From the IMG/VR virus record IMGVR_UViG_3300023235_000989, positions 1 to 59,346 of that record: DNA of 59,346 bases; one strand, 5' to 3'. Origin of the DNA: a virus. Taxonomy: Duplodnaviria > Caudoviricetes. Shown here in pieces: positions 35,543 to 46,068 of this stretch. Each line of letters opens with the position of its first letter. Within the stretch, counting starts at the first letter, position 1. The translations under genes were made by a program, and so were the position numbers. The notes beneath the pieces were generated by a model. The model saw nothing but the letters and a program-made list of their open reading frames with translations, had not been told where the DNA came from and made no database searches.

Positions 35543-38500
35543 TACAACAACCTCATTTGATTTACGATTAGTCCTCGATCGGACATCTTACCATTTACAG
35601 ATACAACATCACCTACGCCAATTCCCATCAATCTGACTTTGTCATAAAGATCTGGGAAAATACATGAGCCATCTAGACTATATGTAGAGTCACTTAAGGT
35701 GATAAACGACATGAGACGACCTTGCGTTTTACCACGCTTAACCGTCACTTCCTTCATTTCTTCGACGACCACGCAGAGATTAACGTAAGTCCCCGGAGGC
35801 ATGCCGGTGCCTACATCTCGACACGTGTGCTTCGCCCCACTCATGGCCCGCTCAAGGTCAGCCATGCTGCCCGAAAGCGTAGCTCCGAGGTAAGCCTTCT
35901 CCCATACCAGAAGCTGAGCCACTGTGTCTCTGTGGCTCTCCTGGTTAAACTCGTCGATCAAGACTCTGATCTTTGCTCTGCGGTTCACATTGGGAACCGC
36001 CATCTTCTTTTCCTTCCGCTCATCTAGCGTAGTCTCGTCCGTGAGCGCCGTAAGCTGCTCTAGGAGGACCCCGGGATAAAAGCCTAGGTTGGAACGCTCC
36101 TTATCCGTCAGTGCGTCCCAGAGGGCATACTGCGCCTTCATGGAGCGTCTGGCGATGCCGTAGCCATCTAGTGCGCCAGCACAGATGAATGCTTCGACTA
36201 CCTGCTTATTCATCTTACTTGTAGAGGCAAGATTAAGGAACTCGGTAAAGGTCTTAGCGCCCTGGCAGGCTTTAACTGACTTAAGTGCAGACACTCCGAC
36301 TCCCTTGATGTGAGAGAAACCATACGAGATAGTCGTTGGACCCACGATGGCGAAGTCGATCTCGCTAGTCTCAATACGTGGCGGAACCACATCGATATCC
36401 TTCAGCTTGCCATCATTCACAAACTGAGCGATAACATCCTGTGGGGTTCGTTGTTGGTTAGCCTTATCCTTGGCGTGCATCAAATTGGCGGTCATGAACT
36501 CTAGGAAGTAGTTGGCCTTTACCCATGCGGTCCAGTAAGCCATAACAGCATAGCCAACCGCGTGACTCTTGTTAAAGCCATAGCCAGCCTGCTTCTCAAT
36601 CCAGCCCCAAATCTCTTCTGCAACCTTCTTGGTTACGTTCTTTGCTGCGCCATCCATGAACTCCTTCTTCTTCTGTCGAAGTTCTTCTGGCTTCTTCTTA
36701 CCAATAACCTTTCGGACAGCATCAGCATCCTTTAGGTCCATTCCAGCAACAGCCTGACAGATAGCCATAACCTGCTCCTGGTAAAGCAAGATGCCCTTCG
36801 TCGGCTCTAGGATAGGCTCAAGGATTGGGTCAATGTAGCTCGGAGTCTCTTCACCACTCTTGATCTTCGCGTAACTCTCAGACATCCCCGTGTCCAAACA
36901 CGCAGGACGAATGATAGCCACAAGTTCAGCGATCTCTTCAATTGTCTGTGGCTGACACTTCTTAGACCATGACTTACCTAAGTTAGACTCTAGTTGAAAT
37001 ACACCTTGGTTGTATCCATCACCTAGTAGCTGAAATACCTTCTTGTCATCTAGAGGGAGTTCTAGTAGCTCGTAGGTCTTGCCATGGCGCTGCTTGATTA
37101 GCCCGAGTGCAGTCTTAAGAACGTCGAGTGTCGCGATTCCCAAGATATCCACCTTGAGCAGACCAAGCGCATCAACCGAATCCATGTCCCAGCCGCAGAT
37201 CAAGTCTTCCTTTCTAGCGCCCTTTACGAGGGGGACACCAGCACGGCAGAAATCATCATCAGCAATAACAACCGCAGCAGCATGAACTCCGCTAGTTTTA
37301 TAGCACCCCTCAAGACGACCCGCAATGTCGAACAACTCTTTCCAGGACGTTGTTCTAATGACTCTTCCTCCTCGGATGATATCGAATGGTTTTGCATCTT
37401 CTGAATACTCCTTCAGCTTTGGGACTGCCGCGATAGCCTCTTTAAGACTGATCGAACCATGGTCCTCGTTCTTAGCTGGGATCAAGCCAGCGATAAGGCT
37501 CTTGACGCTTTCGTCAATACCCGCAACCTTAAATACATCTCGGATGACTTGTTTGGCACCTAGAGATGATAGGGTGACGATCTGCGCCACTCGTTGTTCG
37601 CCAAAGCGCTTTCGAATATAGGCGATGACCTCGTCGCGCCGACTTTTCTCCACGTCAGTATCAATATCTGGCATGGAGCCCTTACGACCAGCGTTGTAGA
37701 ATCGCTCCCAGATCAGACCATACTGAATCGGATCGATCTGCGTGATACCCAGTAGGAAACTAGCAAGCGAGCCACCAGCAGAACCGCGGCTCGGACCAAG
37801 CATTACATCATTCTTACGACAGTAGTCAGTAATGTCGGACACGATCAGGAAGTAGTCTTCTAGACCGGCACCCTCGATGTCTTTAAGTTCGTGTTTAACG
37901 CGAGCAGCGTAGACACCCTTAGGGTCCTTGATGTCACGGCGGGTCCAACCTTCACGCAGCTTCTCCCTGAGGATCTCGATAGATGGGCGCGGATCCTCTG
38001 TTGGATAAGTCGGCAGGCGCATCTTGTTGAGATCTAGCACTGCGTTGCATCGGTCTGAGATCTCTCGCGTGATGTCTACCTCTGACGGCTTAATGTCAGA
38101 GTCTGTTAGGACAAGCTTCCTGTTTTTAATGTAGAATTCGTTGGTGGAGAATCCACTCTCCCCCTGTGGGACTCCAACCTTTCCCCACGCCATAGCCTTT
38201 AGAAAGCCATGCGCGGTAGCGTCGTCCTGGTTGACATAGTGCGCGTCTTGTGTCGCCACTGTCTTCAACCCCATCTCTCCCGCCATCTGACGGACCCTCT
38301 TGTTGATCAAGAGCTGCTCTGGGATACCACCGTCTTGGACTTCTAGAAACAAGTTGTCCGGTCCTAGGATTCGCTTCAGCTCATTAGCAAAGCGATACGC
38401 CTCTGGAACGTTAGCTGCTTCCTTAAGCTTGGACTCTTCGCCGGGGACTGGCCATGACATCTTATCAAACAACCAGTAGGAGATAGGACCGTGCATGCAC

Positions 38501-38901
38501 GCAGTTAGGACAATCAACCCCTCCTTATGACGCTCAAGGTCCTTAAGGTCAATACGTGGCTTGTAGAAGAAGTTCTCGTTTGCGCGGGTGGTTAGCTGCA
38601 CGATGTTATTCAATCCAACCTCGTTTTCCGCAAGCACAACTAGGTGATGTGCATGACGGTTCTTAAGGTCGTGCTCGTCCGTCATGTAGAACTCACTACC
38701 AAGGATCGGCTTGATTCCAGCCTTCTGGCACTCCTTGAAGAACTCTACCCAGGCAAAGATATTACCATGGTTGGTAATAGCCATGGCGTCCAACCCTAGC
38801 TCCTTTGCCCTAGCAACCATATTCTTGATAGAGGCTTGACCATCAAGAAAGCTGTGACTTGAGTGATTGTGGAGGTGGACGATTTCGTTATTTTTAGTCA
38901 T
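35542..38901 (-). CDS. dnaE: DNA polymerase III alpha subunit (family C)
   Basis: PHP motif HLHNHS..S.LDG, RGSAGGS, PDIDTD, GLLKVDILG, GVFQLES, YGFNKSH and C-terminal OB fold; start moved to 38901. Confidence 0.96.
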   Translation of the reverse strand: MTKNNEIVHLHNHSSHSFLDGQASIKNMVARAKELGLDAMAITNHGNIFAWVEFFKECQKAGIKPILGSEFYMTDEHDLKNRHAHHLVVLAENEVGLNNIVQLTTRANENFFYKPRIDLKDLERHKEGLIVLTACMHGPISYWLFDKMSWPVPGEESKLKEAANVPEAYRFANELKRILGPDNLFLEVQDGGIPEQLLINKRVRQMAGEMGLKTVATQDAHYVNQDDATAHGFLKAMAWGKVGVPQGESGFSTNEFYIKNRKLVLTDSDIKPSEVDITREISDRCNAVLDLNKMRLPTYPTEDPRPSIEILREKLREGWTRRDIKDPKGVYAARVKHELKDIEGAGLEDYFLIVSDITDYCRKNDVMLGPSRGSAGGSLASFLLGITQIDPIQYGLIWERFYNAGRKGSMPDIDTDVEKSRRDEVIAYIRKRFGEQRVAQIVTLSSLGAKQVIRDVFKVAGIDESVKSLIAGLIPAKNEDHGSISLKEAIAAVPKLKEYSEDAKPFDIIRGGRVIRTTSWKELFDIAGRLEGCYKTSGVHAAAVVIADDDFCRAGVPLVKGARKEDLICGWDMDSVDALGLLKVDILGIATLDVLKTALGLIKQRHGKTYELLELPLDDKKVFQLLGDGYNQGVFQLESNLGKSWSKKCQPQTIEEIAELVAIIRPACLDTGMSESYAKIKSGEETPSYIDPILEPILEPTKGILLYQEQVMAICQAVAGMDLKDADAVRKVIGKKKPEELRQKKKEFMDGAAKNVTKKVAEEIWGWIEKQAGYGFNKSHAVGYAVMAYWTAWVKANYFLEFMTANLMHAKDKANQQRTPQDVIAQFVNDGKLKDIDVVPPRIETSEIDFAIVGPTTISYGFSHIKGVGVSALKSVKACQGAKTFTEFLNLASTSKMNKQVVEAFICAGALDGYGIARRSMKAQYALWDALTDKERSNLGFYPGVLLEQLTALTDETTLDERKEKKMAVPNVNRRAKIRVLIDEFNQESHRDTVAQLLVWEKAYLGATLSGSMADLERAMSGAKHTCRDVGTGMPPGTYVNLCVVVEEMKEVTVKRGKTQGRLMSFITLSDSTYSLDGSCIFPDLYDKVRLMGIGVGDVVSVNGKMSDRGLIVNQMRLL

Positions 38902-39307
38902 TTCGTAGTCTCTCTTCGCCTTGGCCTTTGCCGTAGCCTTCATGTCTGTCTTGTCGTCTTCCACCGCCCATCTCTTTATTAAGTTTGTCGAGGACGCGCT
39001 TGCGATGTCTGTCTGCCATCTTAGTTTCCAACTCTTCCTCCTTGCGCTTGTAGTTGTCTGGATTCAACTGCTGGTAGCGTTCCATGCTGACATATCCCTT
39101 TGTCCCGCCAAGAACAGAGGGTCCGTCACCGGAGGTATGATAAGACATGCTGGCAGAGCTGCACTTCTCACACGTCTCAGTCTTTGTCTTTTTATCCTCA
39201 TCCAGATATTGACCTTCAATCTGATAGAAGCACTTATCGGACTTGATCTTTAACGATTGAATATGAGTGCAGTTGTCGCATTCAAAGTAGATTGTAAACG
39301 TGTTCAT
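38894..39307 (-). CDS. FmdB-like zinc-ribbon protein
   Basis: YFECDNC and CEKC pairs; follows promoter copy 5. Confidence 0.6.
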   Translation of the reverse strand: MNTFTIYFECDNCTHIQSLKIKSDKCFYQIEGQYLDEDKKTKTETCEKCSSASMSYHTSGDGPSVLGGTKGYVSMERYQQLNPDNYKRKEEELETKMADRHRKRVLDKLNKEMGGGRRQDRHEGYGKGQGEERLRND

Positions 39308-39318
39308 GTCCTGTCCTT

Positions 39319-39344
39319 ATTATGTGTCGACATAGCAAAATCGT
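39319..39344 (-). promoter_or_regulatory. putative phage promoter, copy 5
   Basis: Minus strand ACGA TTTTGCTATGTC GACACATAAT. Confidence 0.75.
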
Positions 39345-39361
39345 GCTGTGTTTCTTGCAAC

Positions 39362-39748
39362 TTAGTCTTCTATGTAAGCCCTGTAGAGCTTTCCGTATGC
39401 ACGAGCAAAGACATCACTATGATCCTTACCTTGCTCTACTTCATTCCAGGTTAAGGCGTGAGCCCATTCGTGGAGGATAGTGTCAAATTGCTGAGACCAC
39501 GAACAACTCTTATTGATAGTGATTAGAAAATACTTCTTGGCTTTTGGCCCGTCACTATTAACTAAAGAGCACCATCCGAAAATCTTCCGTTTGATGATCT
39601 CGCCAGTAAGCCTGCGAACTTTGATGGGTGCGACTGCTGGGAAGTCCGCACGTAACAGCTTTAGAATAAGCCTAAACTTTTGACTTACGCTGAGATCCTT
39701 TGGTTGGCCAAGAAGATACTTGGCGCGATCGTCTGGAACATCATTCAC
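39362..39748 (-). CDS. SprT-like HExxH metallopeptidase domain protein
   Basis: DTILHEWAHA followed by DHSDVF (third His ligand). Confidence 0.7.
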   Translation of the reverse strand: MNDVPDDRAKYLLGQPKDLSVSQKFRLILKLLRADFPAVAPIKVRRLTGEIIKRKIFGWCSLVNSDGPKAKKYFLITINKSCSWSQQFDTILHEWAHALTWNEVEQGKDHSDVFARAYGKLYRAYIED

Positions 39749-40740
39749 TTTGCTTCAGGCTCTCTTGGCTTCTTTGCCGGATTTGATCCGTCAATACCAT
39801 TAAGTAATTCTGCCCACTTCTTATCACAAAGCGGACGATTACATAGATACTTGCAGTAGTGATCCATACCCCGGCGTTTGATTGATCGAGCCTTTTTAAT
39901 CTTGTTGTATAACTTGGTGACTTGACTACGCGTGACCTCATCATCCTCGGCGGTGAATGCATGCTCTAGTGGGATGCTACGGAAGTAATCAAACTGAACC
40001 CAGTAGTATTTATAGTCTGGATACATAGTCTTGGCTGCAAAAGAATACATCCTTGGCTGTAGGTCTTCGATGAACTTCTCATGCTGTGGGACTGAATACC
40101 CAGTCTTATAGTCAACGACCAACAGTGTCTCAGGATCATATTCAAGCACTAAGTCAATAAAGCCATTCATTAGAATGGGGTTACCATCCTCGTCTGGTCC
40201 CCACGAAATATTCTCGCCCTCGGCAAGCGCGCCCTCTCTAGTCGGTGCCTCAATGCCAATCACCTTACCACCAGGGTTGTCCTTGCTCTTTACACCAGTG
40301 TCAAAGTATTTGCCGTATCGATCGATCGCCGTCTCGACCATCTGAAGACCTTCCTTGTAGAGCTTCCTGGGGCATCCCTCGAAGTGTTCTACGTGTTTCT
40401 CTACGATACTACAACTAGCCTTCTTCGCATTAAAAAATGGACAGTTCTCACAGTCCTTCTCAATGAAGAAAGAGGCACGCGCCTTCGACGGTGCCTTGTT
40501 CATGTCGTCACTAAATGGACGTAGATCATCTACATTCTTAGCGTAAAGCTCTTCGTAGCTTGCTGTCCCCTTGGATTCCGCATACTGCTCCAACGTATAG
40601 TGAACGGCACTGCCAAATTCGCTACAGAAGGTGTATTGGAATAGCGCATCTGCCCAGCCCCATTCATACGAGAGGAAGTATTGGAATTCACACTCTAAGG
40701 CTTTCTTGAGCCTTGATGGACTGACGTAAGGGATTTTCAT
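39745..40740 (-). CDS. PD-(D/E)xK exonuclease (RecB/AddB/Cas4-like)
   Basis: SPSRL...C, FGSAVH, GFIDLV, VDYKTG, Q..MY and C-terminal CKYLC...C. Confidence 0.88.
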   Translation of the reverse strand: MKIPYVSPSRLKKALECEFQYFLSYEWGWADALFQYTFCSEFGSAVHYTLEQYAESKGTASYEELYAKNVDDLRPFSDDMNKAPSKARASFFIEKDCENCPFFNAKKASCSIVEKHVEHFEGCPRKLYKEGLQMVETAIDRYGKYFDTGVKSKDNPGGKVIGIEAPTREGALAEGENISWGPDEDGNPILMNGFIDLVLEYDPETLLVVDYKTGYSVPQHEKFIEDLQPRMYSFAAKTMYPDYKYYWVQFDYFRSIPLEHAFTAEDDEVTRSQVTKLYNKIKKARSIKRRGMDHYCKYLCNRPLCDKKWAELLNGIDGSNPAKKPREPEAK

Positions 40741-41366
40741 ACTACTAGGCTGTTACCAGTTAGGATTGCACTTACTGCGCGGCGGAGATCATCAAAGCTA
40801 CCGTTATTGTCAATGACATGGTTGTAGCCAGCGTAGTCATCTAGGGCTGTTTCAGACTTATGTCCGTCAGACTTCAAACCAGTCTCTCGTTCAACGCCAA
40901 TGAGGATACCATTGTTCCTAGCAAAGTCGCATTCATTAGGAAAGCGAGCATCGGCAACTACAACAATATCATCATCACGATACTTCTTGCGGTAGACCGA
41001 CTGCACCCAAATATCCGGATCTAGTTGATTGCGAAATAGGTCAGTGCCAACGAACTGAAGCACCTCTCGGACAGTCATGAACTTTTCAGGGACCATATCC
41101 TTGTGCTGTTCATATGGCTCATATCCTAGAGTAGCGCCATTGCGCTCAATTCCTACGGGCCACTTAACCTGAGTCAGCTTTTGCTTACCAGTCTCAGTCT
41201 CCATATCCTCTCGTTGGATACCAAAGATAAGAACGCACGCATCCTTTAGGGCGTCAGCGAAGTGAACGATGTGCGTCCGCTCTTCCCCAAGGAACTGCTT
41301 GATGTATTGAGCAGATGAATCCTTACCTACTTGCTTCTTGCCCGCCAGGGTGATGAACTTAACCAT
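40737..41366 (-). CDS. deoxynucleoside monophosphate kinase (T4 gp1-like)
   Basis: LAGKKQVGKD, FADALK, REVLQFVGTD, DARFPNE, HKSE, IDNNG; start moved to 41366. Confidence 0.9.
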   Translation of the reverse strand: MVKFITLAGKKQVGKDSSAQYIKQFLGEERTHIVHFADALKDACVLIFGIQREDMETETGKQKLTQVKWPVGIERNGATLGYEPYEQHKDMVPEKFMTVREVLQFVGTDLFRNQLDPDIWVQSVYRKKYRDDDIVVVADARFPNECDFARNNGILIGVERETGLKSDGHKSETALDDYAGYNHVIDNNGSFDDLRRAVSAILTGNSLVV

Positions 41367-42084
41367 TGCTTTTGACTCCCAAAATGATGTCAGGTGTATA
41401 TGATAGATCCGGAACCGTAATAACACCATCGGGCATCTGGTCCTTACCAACCTCGACACTTCCCCAGTTGGAGGTGTCAAGGTGAATTGCATTTAGACCG
41501 GCTGCATGGGAAGACAAGATGTCACTCCTAATGCTATCTCCGATCATCCAAGAGTTTTCCTTGTCCACGTTATGCTTGATGCAGAAGTCCTCAAAGACAT
41601 CACTAGTCTTCTTTAGAACGACCCAGCAGTCATGGAATAGGTTGCGCATTGTTAGGTCATCGAATCGCTTAATCTGAACCCAGCGTTCGCCAGCGGTGAC
41701 TACGGCAACCTTGAAGCCAGAGTTAGCAAACTGTCGCACGACGCCCGCTGCATAATCATACTCAATCGATGTCTGTTCGAACACATCCATAGCAAACTGC
41801 CTAACTTGAGCTACGACCTCTTTGCTACGCTCCTCATCCATGAACCCGAACTGAAAGAAGTGCTTGGCGGTTCTCTCAAAAGACTCTGCAAACCTATCTG
41901 TAGAGTATCCGAACTCTTCGAATAAGCCAGCGTCAATTTCGTCCTGCTTCTTCATAACTTGTTCTTTATTGAAGCCATGACTAGACATGAAATCGCCAAA
42001 GTTCTTAGATGCACTGGTGTAAAGCGGTTCAGTGTCAATGAGCGTATTGTCCATATCAAAAATTACCCACTTAGACTTTATCAT
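41359..42084 (-). CDS. HAD-superfamily hydrolase
   Basis: FDMDNTL and MIGDSIRSDI. Confidence 0.88.
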   Translation of the reverse strand: MIKSKWVIFDMDNTLIDTEPLYTSASKNFGDFMSSHGFNKEQVMKKQDEIDAGLFEEFGYSTDRFAESFERTAKHFFQFGFMDEERSKEVVAQVRQFAMDVFEQTSIEYDYAAGVVRQFANSGFKVAVVTAGERWVQIKRFDDLTMRNLFHDCWVVLKKTSDVFEDFCIKHNVDKENSWMIGDSIRSDILSSHAAGLNAIHLDTSNWGSVEVGKDQMPDGVITVPDLSYTPDIILGVKSNG

Positions 42085-43178
42085 ACATACTCCTTAAAGA
42101 TGAGCTTAAGTTGTGATGGGTCGTGATCTCCTGGATCCTTACCAGACTCTAGCTCTACGTTTACAAATGTGAAATACTCACTACACGTCTTTTCTACACT
42201 CTTCTTTGCCTTCTGTCCTGGCTCATCATTGTCAAACACACACATGATCCTACTGCAACCGATCTTATGCAGGAGTGTTCTGTGATGCTTTCCAAATCCA
42301 GTTCCCAGAACCGCAACCACATTCTTGATACCAGCTTCCCACATACGCATTACGTCACCCGGTCCCTCCACCAGAATGATCGTCTTAGACTCACCCATAA
42401 AGCCCTTTGCGCGATGCAGGTTATACAGCACGGATGATGCGTGGAACTTCTCTTCGTCTGCCCTGTCAGCGGACTTCTTACGTATGTCTGCAAAGTTAAG
42501 CGCATGACACCACTTCGGACGCCACTGCTCAACCAAGTTGTCGTCCAGTAGGCGACATGTGAATGCGATAAGGAATCCGTCCAACGGATCATAGACTGGA
42601 ACGATTGCACGGTTCTCACCATACGTTCCGTTCTTGTGCCATTCACCCCAACAGCCAAACTCCTGAACCACCTCTTCAGAGAAGCCTCGGTTCGTGAAGT
42701 ATGAGCTGGGCTTTAGATGACGCATTAGGTCATCCTCCATCTTCTGGTGCTTTACCAACTGAGACCGCTTACGAATGACTTCTTCTATCCTGTCGGACTC
42801 ATCCTTGTCTAGCTCCTTAATGTCGTCAATGTCCTTCTCGACTGCATCTAGAATCCACTGTAGTGAGTCTTTGAAACCGATCTTCTTCACACACTGAACC
42901 AGCGCGAAGACATCAGACCCGCTTATGTCGTGACAACGATTGCTGAAGCACTGCCACATCTGTCTGCTGAAGTCCCAGCTAAATGCCTGTTCGTTATCAT
43001 TAGGGCTCCTGCCATCTCCATGAGGAATGGGGCAGCAACCCACTAAACGACTACCATAGTCGAAGCCCTTAAAGTTGAGCTTCTTCATGATGATACGCAT
43101 GTTCTTGTGCGCGAGCCTACGGATGCCCTCAAGCTTGGACTTATTTAGTTTGCCAGTAATTGGCTGTGAAGTTGTCAT
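42081..43178 (-). CDS. dnaG: DNA primase (zinc-binding domain + TOPRIM)
   Basis: CPIPH...WQCFS..C, LYNL, LVEGPGDV, AVLG, FDND..G and KDPGD. Confidence 0.9.
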   Translation of the reverse strand: MTTSQPITGKLNKSKLEGIRRLAHKNMRIIMKKLNFKGFDYGSRLVGCCPIPHGDGRSPNDNEQAFSWDFSRQMWQCFSNRCHDISGSDVFALVQCVKKIGFKDSLQWILDAVEKDIDDIKELDKDESDRIEEVIRKRSQLVKHQKMEDDLMRHLKPSSYFTNRGFSEEVVQEFGCWGEWHKNGTYGENRAIVPVYDPLDGFLIAFTCRLLDDNLVEQWRPKWCHALNFADIRKKSADRADEEKFHASSVLYNLHRAKGFMGESKTIILVEGPGDVMRMWEAGIKNVVAVLGTGFGKHHRTLLHKIGCSRIMCVFDNDEPGQKAKKSVEKTCSEYFTFVNVELESGKDPGDHDPSQLKLIFKEYV

Positions 43179-44689
43179 GGCGTTTGTGTCTTTGGGGTGC
43201 CCGGGGTCGGTGCTTGTGGTATATTAGCGACTGATGGTGCCTTGCCCCTAGCGGCGGGCTTGACTACCTGCTGAGATACTGGTGGTGCGAACTTAGCTAC
43301 ACCTAGCTCTTTGAACTTGCCGATACCCAGGTCGGCTGAGATGTCAACATGAGTGCTGACGCCCTTACCGTATCGTGTTCCTAGGATGTGCATTTCGTGT
43401 GTGCCATTAGGAGCCTTTACAATGTCGTCGGGGTCCTTCTTGTGGAATAGGCTGATCGAGTCAACTAGCTCAACAATCTTCTTGGCACCAGCAATCATAC
43501 CGAGGTCTTTATCCATCGCACGGTTAGTCTGACCGAACGCAAGGATTGGTAGGTTGAACTCTTCTGCGAAGTCATGAAGCGCCATGCAGGTATCGCCAAG
43601 CACATCGTGTGCCCCAACACCCATAGCCTTAACTTCATCAATACGAGCCAACTTAACATAGTCCCAAACGATCAAGCAGCGTGCTTGCCTTGTCTGAGTA
43701 TCGAGACCGACATGTTGCATAACCCAACGACGTAGGAATGGCAGCATATCTCGCGCTGTCATACCCGTCATCTTCTTGTAGTAAAGCTTCTTGGATTGAA
43801 ACTCTGCTCTGATATTCTCATCCTGAACCAACTGACGAGCCAACTGACACTGAGTCGCAAATGTCCTGTCATAGCCGTCTCTGACGATAGTAGAAGGATC
43901 AGACTTCCAGTAGCCAGTCTCTAGGATCTCATAGTTAATTTCTGCGTGCATACCAAACGAGCGAACTGATTGTGCGATCTCATTCAGCTCACTGTCACAG
44001 TATAGCACAGGCATGTGGCGAGATAGCTCAACTGCTGCACGAGCCCCAATTTGAGACTTGCCAGCCTTAGCCGTAGCCGCCACAAACGTCACACTACCAT
44101 TACGAAGTCCACCGACGGCACGCTGCCAAACTGGAAATCCGATATCCACACCAAGCTCACCTGGGTGATCCGCCAAGTCCTCAATGATCTCTAGGGCTCG
44201 TTCTGGTAGGTGAATGATCTCGTCATCTACCACGCCCTGAAGCTTGTTCGATAGTGTCATTAGCGAGTTATCGACCCTGCCGATCATGTCGCTAGTATCA
44301 TCAGAAGTGTCCTCTAGATACTTTCCTAGTTGCTTGAGCATACCCTGATAGCTGCCCTTCACCGTTTCACGCTTTACTTGCAAGAAGGATCGACCCGTAT
44401 CAGCCGCAGACGCCTCATGCTCGAAACAAGCGTCGAGTAGTTCTCCATCCCGCATAACCTCAAGGAAGTCCTTGAAGCCTAGGGCACTTGCTTCCGCTAA
44501 GAGACCCGCACGAGTAACTGTCAGATCTCCAGTGGCGTTCATCAAAAAACGCTGAAGGACGATAAAGAGCTTCTGATGTGCCTTCGTTGAGAAGTCATCT
44601 ACTGAGACATGCTGCTGAATGTTGAAGTAGACATCTGGGTTCTTGCATAGACCTGCAATGAACGTGAACTCAGCGGCAATATTACCCAT
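43175..44689 (-). CDS. dnaB: replicative DNA helicase (DnaB family)
   Basis: Walker A ATAKAGKS, DSE, WDYVKL, QTNR and RYG. Confidence 0.9.
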   Translation of the reverse strand: MGNIAAEFTFIAGLCKNPDVYFNIQQHVSVDDFSTKAHQKLFIVLQRFLMNATGDLTVTRAGLLAEASALGFKDFLEVMRDGELLDACFEHEASAADTGRSFLQVKRETVKGSYQGMLKQLGKYLEDTSDDTSDMIGRVDNSLMTLSNKLQGVVDDEIIHLPERALEIIEDLADHPGELGVDIGFPVWQRAVGGLRNGSVTFVAATAKAGKSQIGARAAVELSRHMPVLYCDSELNEIAQSVRSFGMHAEINYEILETGYWKSDPSTIVRDGYDRTFATQCQLARQLVQDENIRAEFQSKKLYYKKMTGMTARDMLPFLRRWVMQHVGLDTQTRQARCLIVWDYVKLARIDEVKAMGVGAHDVLGDTCMALHDFAEEFNLPILAFGQTNRAMDKDLGMIAGAKKIVELVDSISLFHKKDPDDIVKAPNGTHEMHILGTRYGKGVSTHVDISADLGIGKFKELGVAKFAPPVSQQVVKPAARGKAPSVANIPQAPTPGTPKTQTP

Positions 44690-45020
44690 TAGTGGCTTCC
44701 TCTAGTTTAGACAGGACTAAGTCCTTGGTCATTTCTTCGTTGTATGCTACTCGAATCAAAGTTATTTCCTCTTCCTCGCATCGCTGGTCTTTGTTGGCGT
44801 CGCGTCGCTTCGCCTTAATGAAGTTCTCTTTACTACCATGGAAGTGTTCATTATATGAGAAGTGGAATTCTCCATCATACTCAAATCCGATCTTAAACCT
44901 AGGTAGATATATGTCAATGAACAACCCGCCGCGTATAGCAACGTTATGTTCTAGCTCTATCCGTTGGTTTGGATAGATCAGTTTCACAATCTCTAGCAGT
45001 GCCTTAGCTCCCTTGCTCAC
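44682..45020 (-). CDS. Vsr/DUF559-like endonuclease
   Basis: FIDIYLP...GFEYDGEFH...RRD..K...C....ITLIRV. Confidence 0.75.
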   Translation of the reverse strand: MSKGAKALLEIVKLIYPNQRIELEHNVAIRGGLFIDIYLPRFKIGFEYDGEFHFSYNEHFHGSKENFIKAKRRDANKDQRCEEEEITLIRVAYNEEMTKDLVLSKLEEATNG

Positions 45021-46068
45021 CGAATGTCTCTGGGTAAAGTCCCTTCAGTTCATTTAGAGTAGACATGAATAGGTTTATGTCACCGCGCATGATCTCCACT
45101 GTGGTCTTGTGAGGTCTCTTTACAAGCTCACCCTTTGCGTTCGGTAGCATGAAGTATTTGCCGTCCTTCTCAAGCACACCAAGGTCGCCCGCCATCGTCA
45201 CAAGCTCTTCACAGATATCGATACCCTTGCCGTAGATGAGGGGAAACTCACCGCTCACGAAAGGTGGAGCAACCTTATTCTTGATGATCTTGAATCGAAC
45301 AGTGTGCCCGATCTGGTCACCATCCTCGCCCATGATACGAGTCGCCTTAGTGATGTCCATCAGCTTGATTCGCTGCGCTGCATAGAAGGGGAGTGCGCGA
45401 CCACCACTAGTGGTGTCCGGGTCGCCGTATGCGCCAATGTTGGTGCGTTGCTGGTTCAGAAAGATGATCGTGCTCTTAGCCCTGCCGACCGCAGCTTGTA
45501 GCTTGCGACATCCAGCACTCATAAGCTTAGGCAGAGTTCCAACATCGGTCTCTCCGATCCCCTTAGAGTCTGTCTGTTCTGGGAGTAGTGCATCTACAGA
45601 GTCAATAGCGATGACTGACCCAGGATATTGCAGCGCCCAAAGCTCTGCTAGCCTTAGCGCGTCTTCACCTGTCGGTGCTGTAATAACCTCTAGGACTCCG
45701 GGGTCTCGTAGTATGGGGAACGAATCAACCAGCGTGGGCTGTAGCGCCTGCTCTTGGTCAATGAATAGAACCTTCTTGCCCCTCTTTGCAGCCTCTGCCA
45801 GGATGGACAGCACGAGCGTCGTCTTACCAGCGCCTGAGTTACTGAAGATCTCGATGATGCCACCTTGGTAGCATGGCACCTGTAGGTTGATGTCCAGGCT
45901 AAGTGACCCAGTGGAGTTACCAATTGGTAGCTCTAACTGATCACCAGAGTGAAACTGAGTATCCTCAAACTGCTTCTTCAGTGAACGCATAAAGACCTTG
46001 TCTTCTTTTGAGTCACTATTCCCTTCATTCGATTCTGTCACGTTCGGTTCCTCAGTTGGTTGTTCCAC
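45004..46068 (-). CDS. recA: RecA-like recombinase
   Basis: TGSLSLD, GAGKTT, IDQEQA, IDSVDAL, NQQR, SGGRALPFYA and KNKVAPPF. Confidence 0.93.
   Translation of the reverse strand: MEQPTEEPNVTESNEGNSDSKEDKVFMRSLKKQFEDTQFHSGDQLELPIGNSTGSLSLDINLQVPCYQGGIIEIFSNSGAGKTTLVLSILAEAAKRGKKVLFIDQEQALQPTLVDSFPILRDPGVLEVITAPTGEDALRLAELWALQYPGSVIAIDSVDALLPEQTDSKGIGETDVGTLPKLMSAGCRKLQAAVGRAKSTIIFLNQQRTNIGAYGDPDTTSGGRALPFYAAQRIKLMDITKATRIMGEDGDQIGHTVRFKIIKNKVAPPFVSGEFPLIYGKGIDICEELVTMAGDLGVLEKDGKYFMLPNAKGELVKRPHKTTVEIMRGDINLFMSTLNELKGLYPETFGEQGS

Noticed and set aside
39745-40740. Cas4-like nuclease as part of a CRISPR-Cas system
   Set aside because: No repeat-spacer array or other cas genes seen; the context is replication and recombination.
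20967-41492. N-terminal extensions in the ORF track for the formyltransferase, guaB, the GT2 genes, dnaE and the dNMP kinase
   Set aside because: They overlap upstream genes extensively; downstream starts at stop-start overlaps or with an RBS match the family N-termini better.
35542-46068. Inteins in DnaE, DnaB or RecA
   Set aside because: Lengths are ordinary, and no intein splice motifs or LAGLIDADG blocks are visible.
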